Assembly (NCBI GenBank): GCA_951406725.2
Contig: OX597815.1
Span: 165,540,001-165,604,000, forward strand
Reading direction: 5' to 3'
Origin: Octopus vulgaris
Lineage: Eukaryota
Length of the DNA: 64,000 bases
The notes under the pieces are model-generated. The model was not told where the DNA came from, made no database searches, and worked only from the letters and a program-made list of their open reading frames with translations. Each line of letters starts with the position of its first letter. The first letter of the stretch is position 1. The position numbers and the translations under genes are program-made. Positions 42,511 through 56,870 of the stretch are shown here, one piece after another.

Positions 42511-42815
42511 CGTAGTTAGAGTATTCAGCGGACGATCGTAAGGTCATGAGTTAAATTCCCGGTGACGCGTTGTGTCCTTGAGCAAGACATTTTATTTCAT
42601 ATTGCTCTAGTCCACTGAACTGGTAAATTGAGTAGCACCTGTAATTCAAAGGGCCAGCTTTGTCCCATTGTGTGTCACGCTGAATCTTCCTGAGAACTAC
42701 ATTAAGGGTATACGTATCTGTGGAGTGCTCGGCCACATGCACGTTAATTTAACGAGTAGGCTGTTTCGTTGATCGGATCAACGCGAACCCTCGTTGTCAT
42801 AACCGACGGAGTGCC
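42505..42815 (+). mobile_element. SINE, head D with tail 1; an inverted tail-1 fragment lies at 42107-42220
   Basis: GTGTCCTTGAGCAAGACA head segment; tail ..AACCGACGGAGTGCC as in 41312-41700. Confidence 0.8.
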
Positions 42816-43894
42816 GTTTCTTAAGGTTTTTTGCTGAATCTTCAGATTTTTCTATATGCTAGACCACTGGTTTTAAATTGATATTAATCAAATTTTTATT
42901 CAATTTTTCACCCTTATTATTTTAAATTTATACACCCCCCACACATACACACACACACACATACATATATATATACCTCTATATATTTTATCTGTTACTC
43001 GTTTCAGTCAATAGACTGTGGCTATGTTGGGGAACCGCCTGAAGAAATTTCTTTTGCTAAATTATTCGACCCCAATACTTATTTAAGTATTCAATCGGTT
43101 TATTTTGCCAAACCGCTAAGTTACGTGGACATAAAAACGCCAACACCGGTTATCGAGTGATGGTGGGGGCACACCATCACTTTCATCCTTTCGGGGTCGA
43201 TAAATTAAGTACCAGTTACGCACTGGGGTCGATGTAATCGACTTAATCCGTTTGTCTGTTCTTGTTTGTTCCCTCTATGTTTAGCCCCTTGTGGGCAATA
43301 AAGAAATAAGAAAAGACAAAGAGAAGATAGCATGCTTGTAGGCCAGACGTTGGAGTGTGTTGATTAGCGAATAGATACTAACCAGCCGAGTGGCCCTCAA
43401 AATAGTCCAGGATGTCTGTGGTGCATAGCAGCAGCTCCCTCATATAGGTACGAGGGCGCAGTAGTCTATTGGGGCCTCATTCGTAGAGTATCAGCAGAGG
43501 TTGTGAGACAGAAAATCTTCTAGTCCTAAAGAGAACTAGACTTTAGGATACCATCTGGACTATACTAAATATATGCTTTCGCCAGGAGACGTACTTGGTT
43601 ATAGTGAACCCCAGCATTTGATGCGATGGTGAGGATCTAGCTGAGTGCGGCTCATATTTTAAGAGGGTGTGTGCGGTGATGTTTTCTTGATATAGGTAGT
43701 GCGAGAATTTGTGCTCTTAAAAGTTTGCATGACACTGTTGGAGAATGCGCTAATGTTTCTGTTTACAGTAACAACGTGAGTTTGGTGTGTAGTATCTAGG
43801 TTGCGTGTCGATAATGCATAGAGAGGGAAGGCAAGGAAAAACGAAATGTTTCGTCATCTGTATAAGAATGAATGTTACTGGATGTGGCGGCAAA

Positions 43895-44860
43895 TCGCTG
43901 CGTTCTGAGTTCAAATTCCGCCGAGGTCGACTTTGCCTTTCATCCTTTCGAGGTCGATAAATTAAGTACCAGTTGAGTACTGGTATCGATGCGATCGACT
44001 TACTTCTTCCCCCAAAATTTCAGGCCTTGTGCCTATAGTAGAAAAGATTAATTGATTTATATGAAATGGTACGTATTTCTAGTTGCAATGGACTAGTGTT
44101 ATTCGAATATCTTTATTAAAATGCTTTATAATTGTTTCTAATTTAGGCACAAGGTCAGCAGTTTCGAAAAGATGAGTATAGTCGATACCATTGAGACCAG
44201 TATTTAACTGGTACTTTGTTCTGTCGATTCTTGTGGTATGAAGGGCAAAGTTAACATCAGCGTAGTTTGGAACGTAATGCAAGGTATTTTCCACGACACT
44301 GTAACGATCCTACCAATCCTGTACTCTTTGTTAAATACATGATTAAGCCTTCAAGATTTGGCACAAGGCCAGCAATTTCAAGGGAGTGCTCAACTGGTAA
44401 TTAGTTTATCGACCCGATGCTCAACAGGTAATTACTTCATCGACCTCGGAAAGATGAAAGTCAAAGTCGAGTAAGATAAGGATTTCAAAAGTTGGCACAA
44501 GGACAGCAATTTTGGGGGAAGGGTAATCGATTAGACCGATCCAATACTCAACTAGTAATTACTTCATTGACCTCGAAAGGATGAAAGTCAAAGTCGACTC
44601 CAGTGAAATTTGAACTCAGGACGTAAGATGGTCGATATATAATAATGATTTCAAATTTTAGCACAAAGCCAGCAATTTCAGGGGTGGGGTACGTCGATTA
44701 CATCGATCCCAATGTCCAGTTGGGGCTTATTTTATCGATTCCGAAATGTTGAAAAGCAAAGTCGACCTCGACGGAATTTGAACTAAGAACGTAAAGACGG
44801 AAGAAATGCCGCTCGGCATTATATCCGGCGTGCTAAAGATTCTACCAGTTCACGACCTTT
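43895..44860. mobile_element. Cluster of family A SINE copies and fragments in both orientations
   Basis: Repeated GGCACAAGGCCAGCAATTT and GTCGAC/GATGAAAG motifs. Confidence 0.8.
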
Positions 44861-45693
44861 GGACGATATTTAATAGTAAACGGTGAAGGGTTACGAACCC
44901 TCGAGCCATCGATTGGTTTGGTAGTTATTTCACAGTGTAGAGATTTAATTTCCTTGCACACGACTGAATATTATTCGACATTTTACAGTCTTTAGTGATA
45001 AAGTTATTGTTTCTTTTTTCTCTCTTTCAAAAAATTTTCTTTTAACAATTGATTGGAAGAACACAATATTTGCCAACTTTTTGGTTATTTTTTGCTTTAC
45101 AAAAAATTTCTCTTTTCTAGTTTAAGCTGCTTAATCTGCGCTTTCTTTCCACCTTTGTAAGAAATGTTTCTGTTATAAAGAAATTTTCGAATTAAAAATA
45201 TTCTTTAATTCCGTTTTTTTTTTTTTGTTTTCGTTTTCGTTTTAAGAATTATATTCTTTACTTTAAGTTCCTTAAAAAAAAATATTCTAAAATTATTGAA
45301 TGAATCATGTTTCTTACAAACCAAGCATAACATTACGCTTCTTTGTGCACTATCAAGATTCATAGAAAATCATTATCTACTCTCTTCGATAAAATTATGC
45401 TCTCTTCTATCAGTGATCTATATTTATTCTGTAGTAGTTGTTGTTGTTGTTGTTGTTGTCGGCGGCGGCGCCGCAGTTGTTGCTGTTGTTGTTATTGCTC
45501 ATTGCCATTTACTTTTAGTGTTCAATATCCGCCTATTGCTATAAAAGTGTTAAGAATGCTGTCAACCAATATGAGTGGCTGGCATAAAATAATGGCGGGT
45601 TATTGACCCAACCTGAAATCATTATGAAATAACGTCTTTCCTAATTCAAATTTATCTGCATTCATTTTTTTCATCATAAAGTATTTCATAGTT

Positions 45694-45749
<56 letters not shown>

Positions 45750-46103
45750 TTTTTTCTTCCTTTCTTTCTTTCTTTCTTTAATTTAAGTCTGTTTATTTGT
45801 TTCATTCTTTCCCAATATTATTTCTTTTCCTGCATAGTTTCAGGACTTTTCAATGCCGTGTGTGTGTATGTGTGTGTGTGTGTGAGTGTGTGTGTGTGTG
45901 TGTGTGCACGTGTGCATGTGTGCGTGTGTGCATGTGTGCGTGTGTGTGTAAGTGCGTGTGTGCGCGTGTGCGTGCATCTCTGTGTGTTTCATGTGTATGT
46001 TTACATGTACATATATATATATATATATATATATGTATAGGAATTTCTTTCCATCTATCTTTATCTATGTATACTCACTCACACACACACTCGCACACAC
46101 TCA

Positions 46104-46143
<40 letters not shown>

Positions 46144-46675
46144 TGTATGTATGTATGTATGTATATGTGAGTGCTTGTGTATGTGTATGTACATGTATGG
46201 CAATGTAGATAAATTTATCTTTCTCCATGTATATGTGTGGGTGTATGAATTTACCATTCGTATTTCTGTGTTTTCAAGCAGAGCAGAAACAATAAAAATA
46301 AGACACGTCAAAAATAAACCAGGTAGGAAATATATATATCTACAACGAAAATTAAAGCACACGCAAAACAATAAATGCCAGATGTAGCCGAACCAATAAG
46401 TTCAAGAGCGAAATATTGAATAAAAATTACATAAAAAGATTCGTAGCAAATATCTGCACAGAATCCTAAATACTGAATATTTTTTTACTGACAAGGCTGT
46501 GTGGTTAATAAATTCGCCTTGCAATCTTATAGTGCAGGATTCAAGCTCACTATATGATACTTTGGGCAAATATCTTTTGCTGGCTGTGAGTTGACATGAT
46601 TTGAACATAATATTCGGTAAACCGCAAATGGCTGCAAGCTCGTTATGTGTGTGTGTGAGTGTGTGTATAAATAAA

Positions 46676-46742
<67 letters not shown>

Positions 46743-46751
46743 AATAAAAAT

Positions 46752-46992
46752 AAATGCGCCCGTTTAAAGCCTAGCCAGGCTCATGGGCCCAGTTTTCCAG
46801 TTTCAATGGCGTATGTATTCCCGGGACGCCAGTCCGTCGCAGCGTTACTCGTTTTTGCCAGCTGAGTGGACTGGAGCAACGTGAATGAAGTGTTTTGCTC
46901 AAGAACACAACGCGTCGCCCGGTCCGGGAATCGAAACCACAATCTTACGATCATGATGCTGACACCATAACCACTAAGCCACGAGCCTCCAC
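46752..46992 (-). mobile_element. SINE, head D with tail 2
   Basis: tRNA-like head; tail matches 16590-16705. Confidence 0.85.
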
Positions 46993-47082
46993 ATATGTAT
47001 ACGTGTATATGTATATATTTGTGTGTGTATATATATATATATATATTGATTTAAGTATGTTTCTCCATTTTCTAATTTTGTA

Positions 47083-47122
<40 letters not shown>

Positions 47123-47168
47123 GTATGTATGTATATATGTATGTATGTATATATGTGCCAATTTATCA

Positions 47169-47220
<52 letters not shown>

Positions 47221-48034
47221 GTGCATACATACATGCACGAAAAATGGAGATGTATGCATTCTTTAATTTGTTTACAGAAAGGTTTGTATTTCAAAATACT
47301 ACGATGCAATAATTATGCATATCAATCGATCCCATATTTGATCGGCCGAGATTCTACTGAGAGAGGGAAGCTTAACACCACCTATCCTTATCAAAGCTAT
47401 ACCAGACTGCTTAAAATAAGAGAACATGTTAAGGGAGACAGCTAGTAGTAAAACTGATTATGTTTGAGCAGTATAAAGTTAATGGAGGTATATTCAGCAG
47501 ACCTACTTAGGAATAGTAGCTATTATATCTTTCAAAGATTGTAATGTGATACTTAATTTCAATAATCCTACACGTCAGCTTCAAGAATGGTATTGCAAAA
47601 ATTCCACTCTGTTTAAACTATTACTGACCAATTCAAATAGACAGAGGCCATAAGTAGAACCCAGCGATTTAGTAAATTGTTATTTAGGTCATGATGGAAA
47701 TAAGATCAGTATTAAATCAGTATCTAATCTCAATTTAAACTCTGAGTAGAAAACAGAAAGAGTTAATGAGAATTCGAAAGGAAAGTCACCGATAAATTAT
47801 TTACTAAAGAAGATATTCTATGTCTAAAGAAATTACTTTCCTTAAAAGAATAAATATTTAAAAAATAAGATAATTTTAATATGATTTTAAAAGATAAGTT
47901 AAGAAAATGAAGCTGAACATAAAGTTAACATTTAAATATAAAAATAAATAGAAATATAAATTTATCAAAAGGTAATTTATCAAAAGGTAATTAAAAAAAA
48001 AAAAATACAAAGTAAGTAAAAATAATAAAATAAT

Positions 48035-48200
48035 AGGCGCAAGAGTGACTGTGTAGTAAGAAGCTTGCTTCCCTACCACATGGTTCCGAGTTCACTTCCA
48101 CTGCGTGGCACCTTGGGCAAGTGTCTTCTTTTATAGTCTCAGGCCAAACAAAATCTTGTGAGTGGATTTGGTTCACGGAAACTGAAAGAAGCCCGTCGTA
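48035..48200 (+). mobile_element. Family B SINE, 5' half
   Basis: GGCGCAAGAGTGACTGTGTAG..ACCTTGGGCAAGTGTC. Confidence 0.85.
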
Positions 48201-48597
48201 TATATATATTCTGTCATTTGTTTCAGTGTAAAATTCTGGAATTAGATCGGCAAATTTAACTGTGAGTTAAATAACCAACCATATTTACTTGATGGTAGGA
48301 ACTGCTTGTCTAGAACCATGAAAAATTAACACTAGATACGTGTAAGCGAATTAAAGAATGTATAATTCTTCATTCTTTGTGCTTTACCTCTATATTCTGT
48401 GACGTTATACTAAATTTATTCGGTAGTTGAACCTCGGAATTGCAAACTGGACGGACAGCGAGAAGTAATTTTACGACCGACCTGGATTACAATGATTTTC
48501 ACTAGACAATTTAATCTACCAAGATTGATCCATACGGAATGTTTATAAAGTATTCACTTAGAGTTTTAAATCTCTCTTTTCCTTTGTGCGCGCGCAT

Positions 48598-48671
<74 letters not shown>

Positions 48672-49342
48672 ACACAAATTTGTAGTGCAATATGTGAATT
48701 CATAGATTCAGGTAGCTATTACAGAAAGCTCCTCTGGTGGACACGGCTACCATACCACATAGTAATCTAATACGAAGGAGTATGAGGCAGAGTTCTATTC
48801 AGCCGAAACACAGGAGATGTAATCTATGAAATTATCTCATGACGAGAATATAAACCAGAATAAGTCTGGAGGTATGAGTGGTGAATATATTTATTTAATC
48901 ACTTGTTATCCTTAGAGTTAAAGCATTGGTGTAACCATAATGTTATGGTGATCACATGAGCTAGCCTTCTTTATCTGCTTTCATTTGTAAATGTACAATT
49001 GCATGGTACAATGCATAGCATGCATATTAGTGCAGACAATTAAAATAATTTATCATACACTGAAATTATTATTATTATGTGACGAAGGCTGCCAAACGGC
49101 CATAATCCTAAAGATAAGAAGTGGTTGAATAAATATATTCACCACTCAAAGCTCCTGACTAAATATATGGTTTTTACATGCTAGCTACTTGATAAATATA
49201 GATTTGATATATAGATTTTATCCCTGATTATAGTTGATATATGTGTGTGTGTGTATATATATTGGGGGCGTCCGTCTGTCAGTCCGTCCGTCTGTCAGTC
49301 CGTCCGTCTGTCAGTCTGTCCGTCCATCAGTCCGTCAGTCCG

Positions 49343-49383
<41 letters not shown>

Positions 49384-49411
49384 TGCTCTATCTATCTATC
49401 TATCTATTTTT

Positions 49412-49622
49412 TGCTCTTTTGCTTGTTTCAGTCATTTGACTGTGGCCATGCTGGAACACCGCCTTTAGTCGAGCAAATCGACCTCAGGACTTATTCTTTG
49501 TAAGGCTAGTACTTATTTTATCGGTCACTTTGGCCAAACCGCTAAGTTACGGGGACGTAAACACACCTGCATCAAGCGATGTTGGGGGGACAAACACCCA
49601 AGCACACACACACACACACACG

Positions 49623-49658
<36 letters not shown>

Positions 49659-49844
49659 TATATATATATACACATGCATATATACGACGGGGGGCTTCTT
49701 TTCAGTTTCCGTCTACCAAATCCACTCACAAGGTTTTGGTCGGCCGGAGGCTATAGTAGAATACACTTGCCCAAGGTGCCACGCAGTGGGATTGAACCCG
49801 GAACCATGTGGTTCGTAAACAAGCTACTTAGCACACAACCATTC

Positions 49845-49845
<1 letters not shown>
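49412..49845 (-). mobile_element. Family B SINE, near full length
   Basis: Reverse complement of the 61233-61612 type. Confidence 0.88.
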
Positions 49846-49899
<54 letters not shown>

Positions 49900-50839
49900 A
49901 CTAAATATGTGTGTGTGTGTGTCTGTCGGCGTGTGTATATCTGTATGATTTTGTTTACATCTGTCTAAAATCTGGAGGTGATTATGTTATGTCCTTTTGA
50001 CTCGTAACTAGGAAGTTTTATATATTCTTGAGAGAGAGAAAAAAATCGCTTTCATGTCGTTAGTCGTACCAACCTGTCTGCTAAGCCAGGCATTAATATA
50101 CTGTACAAAATAATTTGACCTTACAACCTTCAGTCGTTTCTCAATTTTGTTAATCTTAATCTACAATTACTTATCAATGTATATTTGATCTGTTCTAATA
50201 AAAAACGATCTTTTAGATATCAGTTTATGTAATGTTAAAAATACGACTTTGTAGTGTCCACCCTTCACCTGTTTATCGATCGAACATATTAGTAAATATG
50301 CGCTAGTATATTTGATGTAGTAAAAATCAAGAGCTATTAATTATAACGAGATTCTCGAGAACAATATATTTTCTAAATAACTAATTTTAGTAAAAAAGAA
50401 AAAAGACAGATGCAAGGGGACACAACCATGACATGTTAATCAAATTAAATTAATTAATAATAGAATGGACTGGCAAATGAGTCTGATCTTTACCAGTACG
50501 ATACCATATTCTGTAATATTTTGGTTTTGTTAAACTTCATCATGAAGCATTGTCTAACAATGACTGGTAGACCTTAGAGGATGAGAATAATATTTAAGAC
50601 CTTTGTGAGATAACAGTGTGTAGATTTATAATTCAAAAGTATGATTTGAAAGAATACTCAGGGACGTTCCTGCATGAAAAATGGATAGTAAAATAGGCGT
50701 GAATATGGTTAATACAGTAATTCGAGAAAAATAGTAATAGTAAATTTTATAAATACTTCTGGTGTAAAAAATAAAACGTAGTTGTGAGACAAAACTAAAC
50801 ATGGACATTCAGTGAAAATTTAGACTTACCTTTAGGAAT

Positions 50840-51110
50840 ACTCTTTTACTTGTTTCAGTCATTTGACTGCAGCCATGCTGGAGCACCATCTTTAGTCGAG
50901 CAAATCGACCCCAGGACTTATTCTTTGTAAGCCTAGTACTTATTCTATCGGTCTCTTTTGCCGAACCGCTAAGTTACGGGGACGTAAACACACTAGCATC
51001 GGTTGTCAAGCGATGTTGGGAGGGGGGACAAATACAGACACACAAGCATATACACACATACATGTATATATATACGAGGGGCTTCTTTCAGTTTCCGTCT
51101 ACCAAATCTG
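50840..51110 (-). mobile_element. Family B SINE, 3' part
   Basis: CTCTTTTACTTGTTTCAGTCATTTGAC tail. Confidence 0.88.
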
Positions 51111-52162
51111 TGCGCCAAACTGAGAGTTTAATTTTAACTAAATACCATTTCATAGATTACTAACTCCCGCACACTAATGCTCACTTTCTATTAGGCTTTC
51201 ATGTAACAGGCATCTCAGGATATTTTCTCTCAGTCATTCCATCCATTACTTCATCATAATATATTCTCCAAAGCGTGATTATATTGTTGTTGACCTTTGA
51301 CCTATTAAAGGCTCTCTGATCAATACGATATTTCGATATTCTACATTTTAGAGCCTTCAACTTAAACTTTTGATGTAATATTTTGAAATTTCCAAGGGAG
51401 GTAAATGGGGTCAGTGAATCGTCGATTATATAGTAACACTACTGATTCAATGACTCAAAGGTTTTGAGAACTAGGAGCGACCTGCGAGTCTTACTTGAAG
51501 CAAAGCTGCTTTTTATTTTGCTTGGATGAGGATGGTAGTGATAGTATGATCATATGATGGAGAAGCAAAATGGAGAGTTTGGGGAAGATGCGATGAAGAA
51601 TATTTATGATGGGGATTATAATGTTTGTAGCAAGTTAATAACAAGTGTATAATTAGGTGATTTCAGAACTGTAAATTATATAATTGCTCGTTAATCTTCA
51701 GTTAGTTTGACGTAAGCTAACAAGTCGTTTCATTCTCAGAACTTGATATTAGATTCGATAATTAAGGTAAAACTAATTTGTAATTTATGTAATATGCGTA
51801 AGTTTTTGTTGTTGTTGTTTTTTTTGCATGCTAAACATGGAGAAATGCTAAGCAGCTGCGATTCAGAATTATCTGTTTTTAAAACCACTCTTTAAGTATC
51901 TGTATTTTTCCTGCGATGGAGAGTACTTAAGAGACAATGATCTACCAAAGGAGCCTCAGTGTGTTCACAAAATCTGCTAAAATTATAACTTAAGCTTTCT
52001 CGTATTATACACACATCGTCTTACAGAAAAGGACTCGTTGGATAACACAGTATGAGATGTTTGAACAAAAGCAAATTAAGAAGGAGACTTCAATGGTTTT
52101 GTTCATACATGACTTGAATGTCTAGAGGTAAGCAACAATAACCACAGCAACAAATAACCTGG

Positions 52163-52256
52163 TGAGTCTAGTTTTCATTTCTGGGTCTAGTTTCCACTTC
52201 TGAGTCTAGTTTCCATTTCTGAGCCTAGTTTCCATTTCTGAGTCTAGTTTCCATTT
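52163..52256. repeat. 19-bp minisatellite, ~5 units
   Basis: TGAGTCTAGTTTCCATTTC units with variants. Confidence 0.9.
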
Positions 52257-52309
52257 TCATTTCCAGATATTTTCTCTTTACATAGGTCAGGAAAGACACT
52301 AGTATAATA

Positions 52310-52960
52310 CTGATTTCAAATATTGGTACAAGGCCAGCAATACCGGGGCCAGGGCTAAGTTGGATACATCGGCCCTAGTGCTCAACTGGTACTTATTTTA
52401 TCGATCCCAAAATGATGAAAGACAAAGTCGACCTCGACGGAATTTGATGTCAGAACGTAAAAACCGATGAAATGCCTTTAAGCATCTTACCCAATGTACT
52501 AACGATTCTGCTAGCTCGCCGCCTTAAGATATCAGTATAATATTCTTTACTTCTATAGGCACAAGGCCTGAAATTTTGGGGGAGGGAGCTAGTCGGTTGC
52601 ATCGATCCCGGTGTTTCACTGGTCCTTAATTTATCGACCCCGAAAGGAGGAAGGGAAATGTCAACCTCGGTGGAATTCGAACTCAGAACGTAGCGGCAGA
52701 GGAAGTACCGTTAAGCATTTCGCCCGGCGTGCTAACGATCCTGCATCAACATTATATTAGTGTCCTTCTTTAGCACGTCAAGCAGAATGTTTAACAGCAT
52801 CTTGTCCGCCTTTACCTTTTGACTTCAAATTCCACCGAGGTCCACTTTGCCTTACATCACTTCGGGGTCAATAAAACAGGTACCAATTGAATACTGGGGT
52901 CGATATAATTGACTTAGCTTCTCATCCGAAATTACTGGTCTTGAGCCAAAATTTGAAATC
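52310..52960. mobile_element. Three family A SINEs (two minus, one plus)
   Basis: Match to other family A copies. Confidence 0.8.
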
Positions 52961-53513
52961 ACTATTAGTGCCCGTCTTAACTACGCAGCCATGGCAGCCA
53001 ATAAGGAATCTGTAAGGTATGGAATAAGGTCACAATAATAGGTTGGGCATGACACCATGAGTTATCGCACAGAGTTATACTAATCCAGGTACCACTACTG
53101 CAGCCGAACAAGCCACTGTTCCAATTATGAAATGGTCAGCATACAATATTCATGGTCAACGTACTTCCACCGTCGTTACTTCAGCCCGCCTAGTAGAATC
53201 ATAATAACACTATGCTATCGTTACAACTAACTTCTATGAACTACGGTATATCACTGTTTCATTAGCAAGATTTTCACAGATGATATGACCGACTTCATGT
53301 CTTTTTGTGAGTCTTTGAGAAGATAATGAGAATCTACTCCTGTAGATATTTCAATGATGCTCCGCGAGCGAGAAAATTGTGTGTTGAAACTATAAGACTG
53401 CAGCTAATTTAAATGGAGAATTTTTCTAATATGACAAACGCTCACACAGGTTATAGAAAAGGCCAACCCCATTGCTCTTCTATGACTTATAATACATATA
53501 TACATATGTACAT

Positions 53514-53595
<82 letters not shown>

Positions 53596-53726
53596 CCCAG
53601 TGTTTCATCGAACACAGAGACAGGCAGATACAAGGAAAATGCCACTTGTATCTGAACACTATACAAATATTCTTTTAAAAAAAGTTTTCTTTTAATTTTT
53701 CTAAATTTACTTGTTTTCCATACTTA

Positions 53727-53762
53727 CAGTTGAAAAAGTTCCAATGACTGAAACCGGTACTG
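53727..53762 (+). ncRNA. Type I hammerhead motif (U3-A8) in TA-flanked element 53658-53806
   Basis: CAG-TTGAAAA-AGTT(CCAAT)GACT-GAAAC(CG)GTA-CTG; palindromic ACCGGT helix III. Confidence 0.75.
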
Positions 53763-53802
53763 AAATGTTTTTTATAAAATTATTTCTATCTTGACTTTTT
53801 TC

Positions 53803-53845
<43 letters not shown>

Positions 53846-53865
53846 CATATGTTTGTGTGTGTGTA

Positions 53866-54424
53866 TGCAAACATCACAAAAAGTAAATAGATACACTTCT
53901 TTATATCGTTTCTATCTATGTGGACACCACCTGGTGCATCAAACTAGTTAATGTATTATTATTTTTCATTTACTGATTACAGTATATTAATCCTTTGTAG
54001 CAACAAGGCATGAACACCAGAACTAAAAGAATTATCTGACTTCAAAGCGGACGCATTGTGAGTCAGTCTGAAGGTGAAATTAGCCAGCGTAAGATTGCAC
54101 AAAACTCAGGAATTCCTCTTGCTACAATCAAAAGTATGATTGTACAATTAATCAGCATCGAAAAGGTATCAACAGCATCATTCTTAGGTTGACTTGGGAC
54201 CTCTGACAGATGGATTCGGGCTGTCAAGCCGATTGTTGAAAATAATCCTTCGTTGCAGAGCAATGCCAATGGAGTCGGAGTGCAGATGTGGTGAGGTATC
54301 TCCATCAATTTGGCTACTATGGAAGAGCAGTTATAAGGAAACCTCTTCTTCGACGAGCAAATATCTAAAGACGAATGTAGGAATCTTTCTAAAGTCATGT
54401 CTAACTACTTTTGCGATGTCAGTA
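53866..54424 (+). mobile_element. Internally deleted Tc1-like element
   Basis: Imperfect TIRs ACATCACAAAAAGTAAATAGA / TCTAACTACTTTTGCGATGT; KELSDF..GRIV..ISQRKIAQNSGIPLATI HTH relic. Confidence 0.7.
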
Positions 54425-54483
54425 TATATATATCATATATCATATATCATATATCATATATAAGCGTGTGTATATATAAAAAA

Positions 54484-54868
54484 AATTTTCAGAATGTGAT
54501 AAAAAAACCCAAGGCTGTGAAGATTTTAGAACATTTATAAATAGGTCTTACAGCTGTTTCCAAGATATTTATTATATCCCTTCATCGGAGACGACGTTAG
54601 AAAATGGTTAAGCAATAGTTAATTTAGATAAGATACGAAATAGGGAGTGAAGTCGAGGAATGAAAATGCATATCTCACATCAATTTTCATTCCTCTACTT
54701 CACTCTCTATTTCGTATCTTATCTAAATTAACTATTGCTTAACCATTTTCTCATACCGTCTTCGATGAAGGGATATAGTAAATATCCTGGAAACAGCTGT
54801 AAGATCTTCTATTTATAAATATTCTAAAATCGTTGCAACCTTGGTTCTTTATCTCATTCTGGAAAATA
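54484..54868. mobile_element. Inverted pair of pLTR-like arms, each with a hammerhead motif (54545-54592 minus, 54758-54805 plus)
   Basis: Arms ~54484-54668 and ~54682-54868 are diverged reverse complements; same family as 22713-23020; TA-flanked. Confidence 0.82.
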
Positions 54869-54875
54869 ATTATTT

Positions 54876-55017
<142 letters not shown>

Positions 55018-55036
55018 GTATATATATATATATTTT

Positions 55037-55129
<93 letters not shown>

Positions 55130-55131
<2 letters not shown>

Positions 55132-55350
55132 AACCACATGTGAATCGTTCGCGGCGATTTTCTTCTTTGTCTTCCTTTCGATTGGACTTTCCTCTGTTTT
55201 TGAAGAAGAGCGTTGCTCGAAACGTTAAATCATCTTTCTTTCCTTCCCTGAGCGTCTGCTAATATTTTGCACGTACCACGTCCTCGTGTTGTTGTCTTTT
55301 TGTGTTTATTGTGTTCTTCTTTTTGTGTTCTTCTTTTTGGGGTTTTACTG
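55130..55350 (+). mobile_element. pLTR-like element with degenerate hammerhead motif at 55196-55230
   Basis: GTTT-TTGAAGA-AGAGC(GTT)GCTC-GAAACGTT-AAAT; homologous to 27640-27885. Confidence 0.7.
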
Positions 55351-55445
55351 TATATATATATTTTTAAAAAATTTATTTTATCTAGTTTCAGCTCACGAGC
55401 TGTGGCCATGCTGGGGCCATGCATGCATGTATGTATGTATGTATG

Positions 55446-55503
<58 letters not shown>

Positions 55504-55510
55504 TATATAC

Positions 55511-55543
<33 letters not shown>

Positions 55544-55620
55544 CATATATATATACATATATATATACATACATATATATATATATATACACATACATAC
55601 ATACATGCATATACATATAC

Positions 55621-55651
<31 letters not shown>

Positions 55652-55698
55652 CACATACATATATATTTATACAGATATGAATATGTATATTTATATAT

Positions 55699-55750
<52 letters not shown>

Positions 55751-56084
55751 GTTATCGCCATACTAATATGGCATTCTTATAAAAATAAGAAAAAAGCTGT
55801 CCGCTTATTAGCTCCATGAGGCCATCGCCTTAAGTTAGCTATTTGATACACAAACTGTATCCATATAACCTTCGAACAAGGGAGGTCAGTCGCTCCACAC
55901 TACTTGACTGGCAGCTACAGACGCGTTTCGGAGTATTGCCCCTTTTCAATGCTGTTCTCTTTTAGAGAGACTTAGTAATTTTAATATTTCTATTATTGAA
56001 AACAAGTGGATGTATTCCACCGAAACTAGGTAAATAAAACCATCGAACAAGGATTGTCGGAAGCGACACCTACTGGCTGGCTAC

Positions 56085-56126
56085 GCTGCATTGAAAAGGG
56101 GCAATACTCCGAAACGCGTCTGTAGC
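56085..56126 (+). ncRNA. Type I hammerhead motif (U3-A8), monomer 1
   Basis: GCTGCA-TTGAAAA-GGGG(CAATA)CTCC-GAAAC(GC)GTC-TGTAGC; palindromic ACGCGT helix III. Confidence 0.82.
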
Positions 56127-56446
56127 TGCCGGTCAAGTAGTGTGGAGCGACTGACCTCCCTTGTTCGAAGGTTATATGGATACAGTTTGTGTATCAAATA
56201 GCTAACTTAAGGCGATGGCCTCATGGAGCTAATAAGCGGACAGCTTTTTTCTTATTTTTATAAGAATGCCATATTAGTATGGCGATAACTATTATTTTCC
56301 GGGAACGCTGCCGCTGTTCTCTTTTAGAGAGACTTAGTAATTTTAATATTTCTATTATTGAAAACAAGTGGATGTATTCCACCGAAACTAGGTAAATAAA
56401 ACCATCGAACAGGGATTGTCGGAAGCGACACCTACTGGCTGGCTAC

Positions 56447-56488
56447 GCTGCATTGAAAAGGGGCAATACTCCGAAACGCGTCTGTAGC
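56447..56488 (+). ncRNA. Type I hammerhead motif (U3-A8), monomer 2
   Basis: Identical to 56085-56126, 362 bp downstream. Confidence 0.82.
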
Positions 56489-56708
56489 TGCCGGTCAAGT
56501 AGTGTGGAGCGACTGACCTCCCTTGTTCGAAGGTTATATGGATACAGTTTGTGTATCAAATAGCTAACTTAAGGCGATGGCCTCATGGAGCTAATAAGCG
56601 AACAGCTTTTTTCTTATTTTTATAAGAATGCCATATTAGTATGGTGATAACTATTATTTTCCGGGAACGCTGCCGCTGTTCTCTTTTAGAGAGACTTAGT
56701 AATTTTAA

Positions 56709-56870
<162 letters not shown>

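Noticed and set aside
52162-52266. GTGAGT...TTCCAG intron-like minisatellite; also a superficial CRISPR-like repeat
   Set aside because: No credible flanking exons; units are contiguous with no spacers
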